Shown here one piece after another: positions 62,265-64,000 of a stretch of DNA of 64,000 nucleotides (within the stretch, counting starts at the first letter, position 1; each line of letters opens with the position of its first letter). Source of the DNA: Fistulifera solaris. Taxonomy: Eukaryota. Both the position numbers and the translations under genes were made by a program. The notes under the pieces were generated by a model. That model saw only the letters and a program-made list of their open reading frames with translations, was not told the DNA's origin and did no database searches. The DNA lies in contig AP026152.1 in assembly GCA_030295235.1 (NCBI GenBank), positions 496,001 through 560,000 on the forward strand, written 5' to 3'.

Positions 62265-62800
62265 TGCTTCTTGCTTCCTTATGGGTTCGTTTCCATCCGA
62301 AAAACTTTTACTTTCTACATTCAACAGCTTTCTTGCTTCAGCTAGGCATGATGTGCAGGAAGATGAAGAAAGCTTTTGTTCTTGTAATGTTGTGATGTTT
62401 TCTTTTCTCGTGTCTTTTCGTTGTCGCCAGATTTTGTTGTGCGAGAAAAAAGAATTCAAAGGAAGAAAAGGTGCGGCGTTTTGGAGTGCAATAGAATGTA
62501 GGCGGAAGGAAAAAGACTCTCAAAGTGTACCCAATACGGTACTCGTGTTCGGTAGCCATCGCACTGTTTTGTATCGATCCTGCAAGAAGATTTTGTTGCT
62601 GCCGGAGTATTTTCCGATCGCTGAAAAGTCAACAAGTCGTAGCAGCTAGGTATCCGTGATTTCGAATCATCCCACCGATCATAGACTAGATAGAAAAAGG
62701 TATTGGATAAAATGCTAGAATCATATCGGACAATACCCAAGTTCTGATCAACAATGCTACAGTAATGTCTGCATCATCCCTCGAGGTCAAACATGTCCTT

Positions 62801-64000
62801 CTATCCCAACCACTCTTGGAAGAAGTCCTCTCCCTTATCATCGACCACAATAAACGCAGGGAAGTTCTCAACGTCAATCTTCCAAACCGCTTCCATGCCA
62901 TCCTCTTCGTTGTCAAGTACTTCCACTTTCTTGATACAGTTCTTGGCCAAGATCGCCGCCGGGCCACCAATCGATCCCAAATAAAACCCTCCGTACTTCT
63001 TACACGCATTGGTAACAGCCTTGGATCGATTACCTTTCGCCAGTGTAATAAAAGAGCCTCCTGCTTCCATAAATCGATCTACGTAGGCATCCATACGGCC
63101 CGCTGTGGTGGGGCCAAAACTACCGCTCGCGTAGCCCTCGGGTGTCTTGGCAGGACCGGCATAGTAAATGATGTGATTCTTGGCGTAATCGGGAAGCCCT
63201 TCTCCGCTCTCAATGCGTTGCAACAACTTGGCGTGGGCAATGTCACGCGCCACGACTATGGTGCCGGTTAGTGACAGCCGCGTCCGAATGGGATACTGCG
63301 ATAGCTTTTGTCGAAGCTCTGTCATGCTGAGCTCATTCATATTGATGCGAACGACATCGTCCGAAAGATGCTTGTCCGTGACGTCCGGTAAGTATTTCGC
63401 CACATCCCGTTCTAAGCGCTCGATGAAAACTCCATCTTTGTTAATTTTCCCCAACACTTGTCGATCGGCCGAACAACTCACACCAATTCCTACCGGACAG
63501 GATGCACCATGACGCGGCAATCGAATGACTCGAACGTCGTGGCAGAAATATTTCCCCCCAAACTGTGCTCCAATTCCCAGATTTCGAGTCATATCCAGGA
63601 TATATTGCTCCCATTTGGTGTCACGAAAGGCTCGTCCTGTGGCATCACCCGAAGTGGGCAAGTCGTCATAATACTTGGTGCTAGCTAGCTTGACTGTCTT
63701 TAAAGTCAACTCAGCACTTAAGCCGCCGACCACGATCGCAAGGTGGTAGGGAGGGCACGCGCTCGTGCCGATCGTCTTTATCTTTTCGTTTAAAAACGTC
63801 TCGAGACTCCCCGAATTCAACAAAGCCTTAGTTTGTTGATATAAGAACGTCTTGTTCGCGGATCCTCCTCCCTTGGCAATGAACTGAAACTTGTACTGCT
63901 CTCCTTTATCGGCAAACAAATCAATCTGCGCTGGCATATTGTTCCCTGTATTCTTTTCAGAGAACATATCCAATGGTGCTACTTGACTGTAGCGCAAATT
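62801..64000 (-). CDS. Class I (Fe-S) fumarate hydratase, C-terminal part; 5' end off window
   Basis: [58 protein letters not shown]. Confidence 0.96.
   Translation of the reverse strand, partial: NLRYSQVAPLDMFSEKNTGNNMPAQIDLFADKGEQYKFQFIAKGGGSANKTFLYQQTKALLNSGSLETFLNEKIKTIGTSACPPYHLAIVVGGLSAELTLKTVKLASTKYYDDLPTSGDATGRAFRDTKWEQYILDMTRNLGIGAQFGGKYFCHDVRVIRLPRHGASCPVGIGVSCSADRQVLGKINKDGVFIERLERDVAKYLPDVTDKHLSDDVVRINMNELSMTELRQKLSQYPIRTRLSLTGTIVVARDIAHAKLLQRIESGEGLPDYAKNHIIYYAGPAKTPEGYASGSFGPTTAGRMDAYVDRFMEAGGSFITLAKGNRSKAVTNACKKYGGFYLGSIGGPAAILAKNCIKKVEVLDNEEDGMEAVWKIDVENFPAFIVVDDKGEDFFQEWLG

Overview
Gene-dense eukaryotic nuclear DNA, most likely a diatom (inference from short GT-AG introns, bipartite signal+'AF/AW' plastid presequences, plastid RelA/SpoT, CRTISO-like, bestrophin and RxL/KxxK cell-wall-type proteins). 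About 33 protein genes can be supported, including GapN-like ALDH, two bestrophins, an apparent FSH1-RWD-Obg GTPase fusion, NOP58, NAA50, ACC-synthase-like, uL22m, TruA, RSH, CRTISO-like, CDC50 and class I fumarase. Many genes carry single-base frameshifts, mostly in homopolymers; these are probably long-read assembly errors. The most striking non-genic feature is a 3.4-kb hierarchical satellite (17917-21290) built from 52-bp subunits that each alternate a 15-bp palindrome (TCCAGAAATTCTGGA) and a second conserved GATC/CGAAA box with two short variable segments. The subunits form ~217-bp monomers of two types, arranged B-AAA-B-AAA-B-AA-B-AAA. A diverged copy lies at ~3515-3838, and both copies sit between divergently transcribed genes. 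An unrelated 220-bp tandem repeat (46557-47090) also has dispersed relatives. All calls are from reading the sequence; no searches were run.
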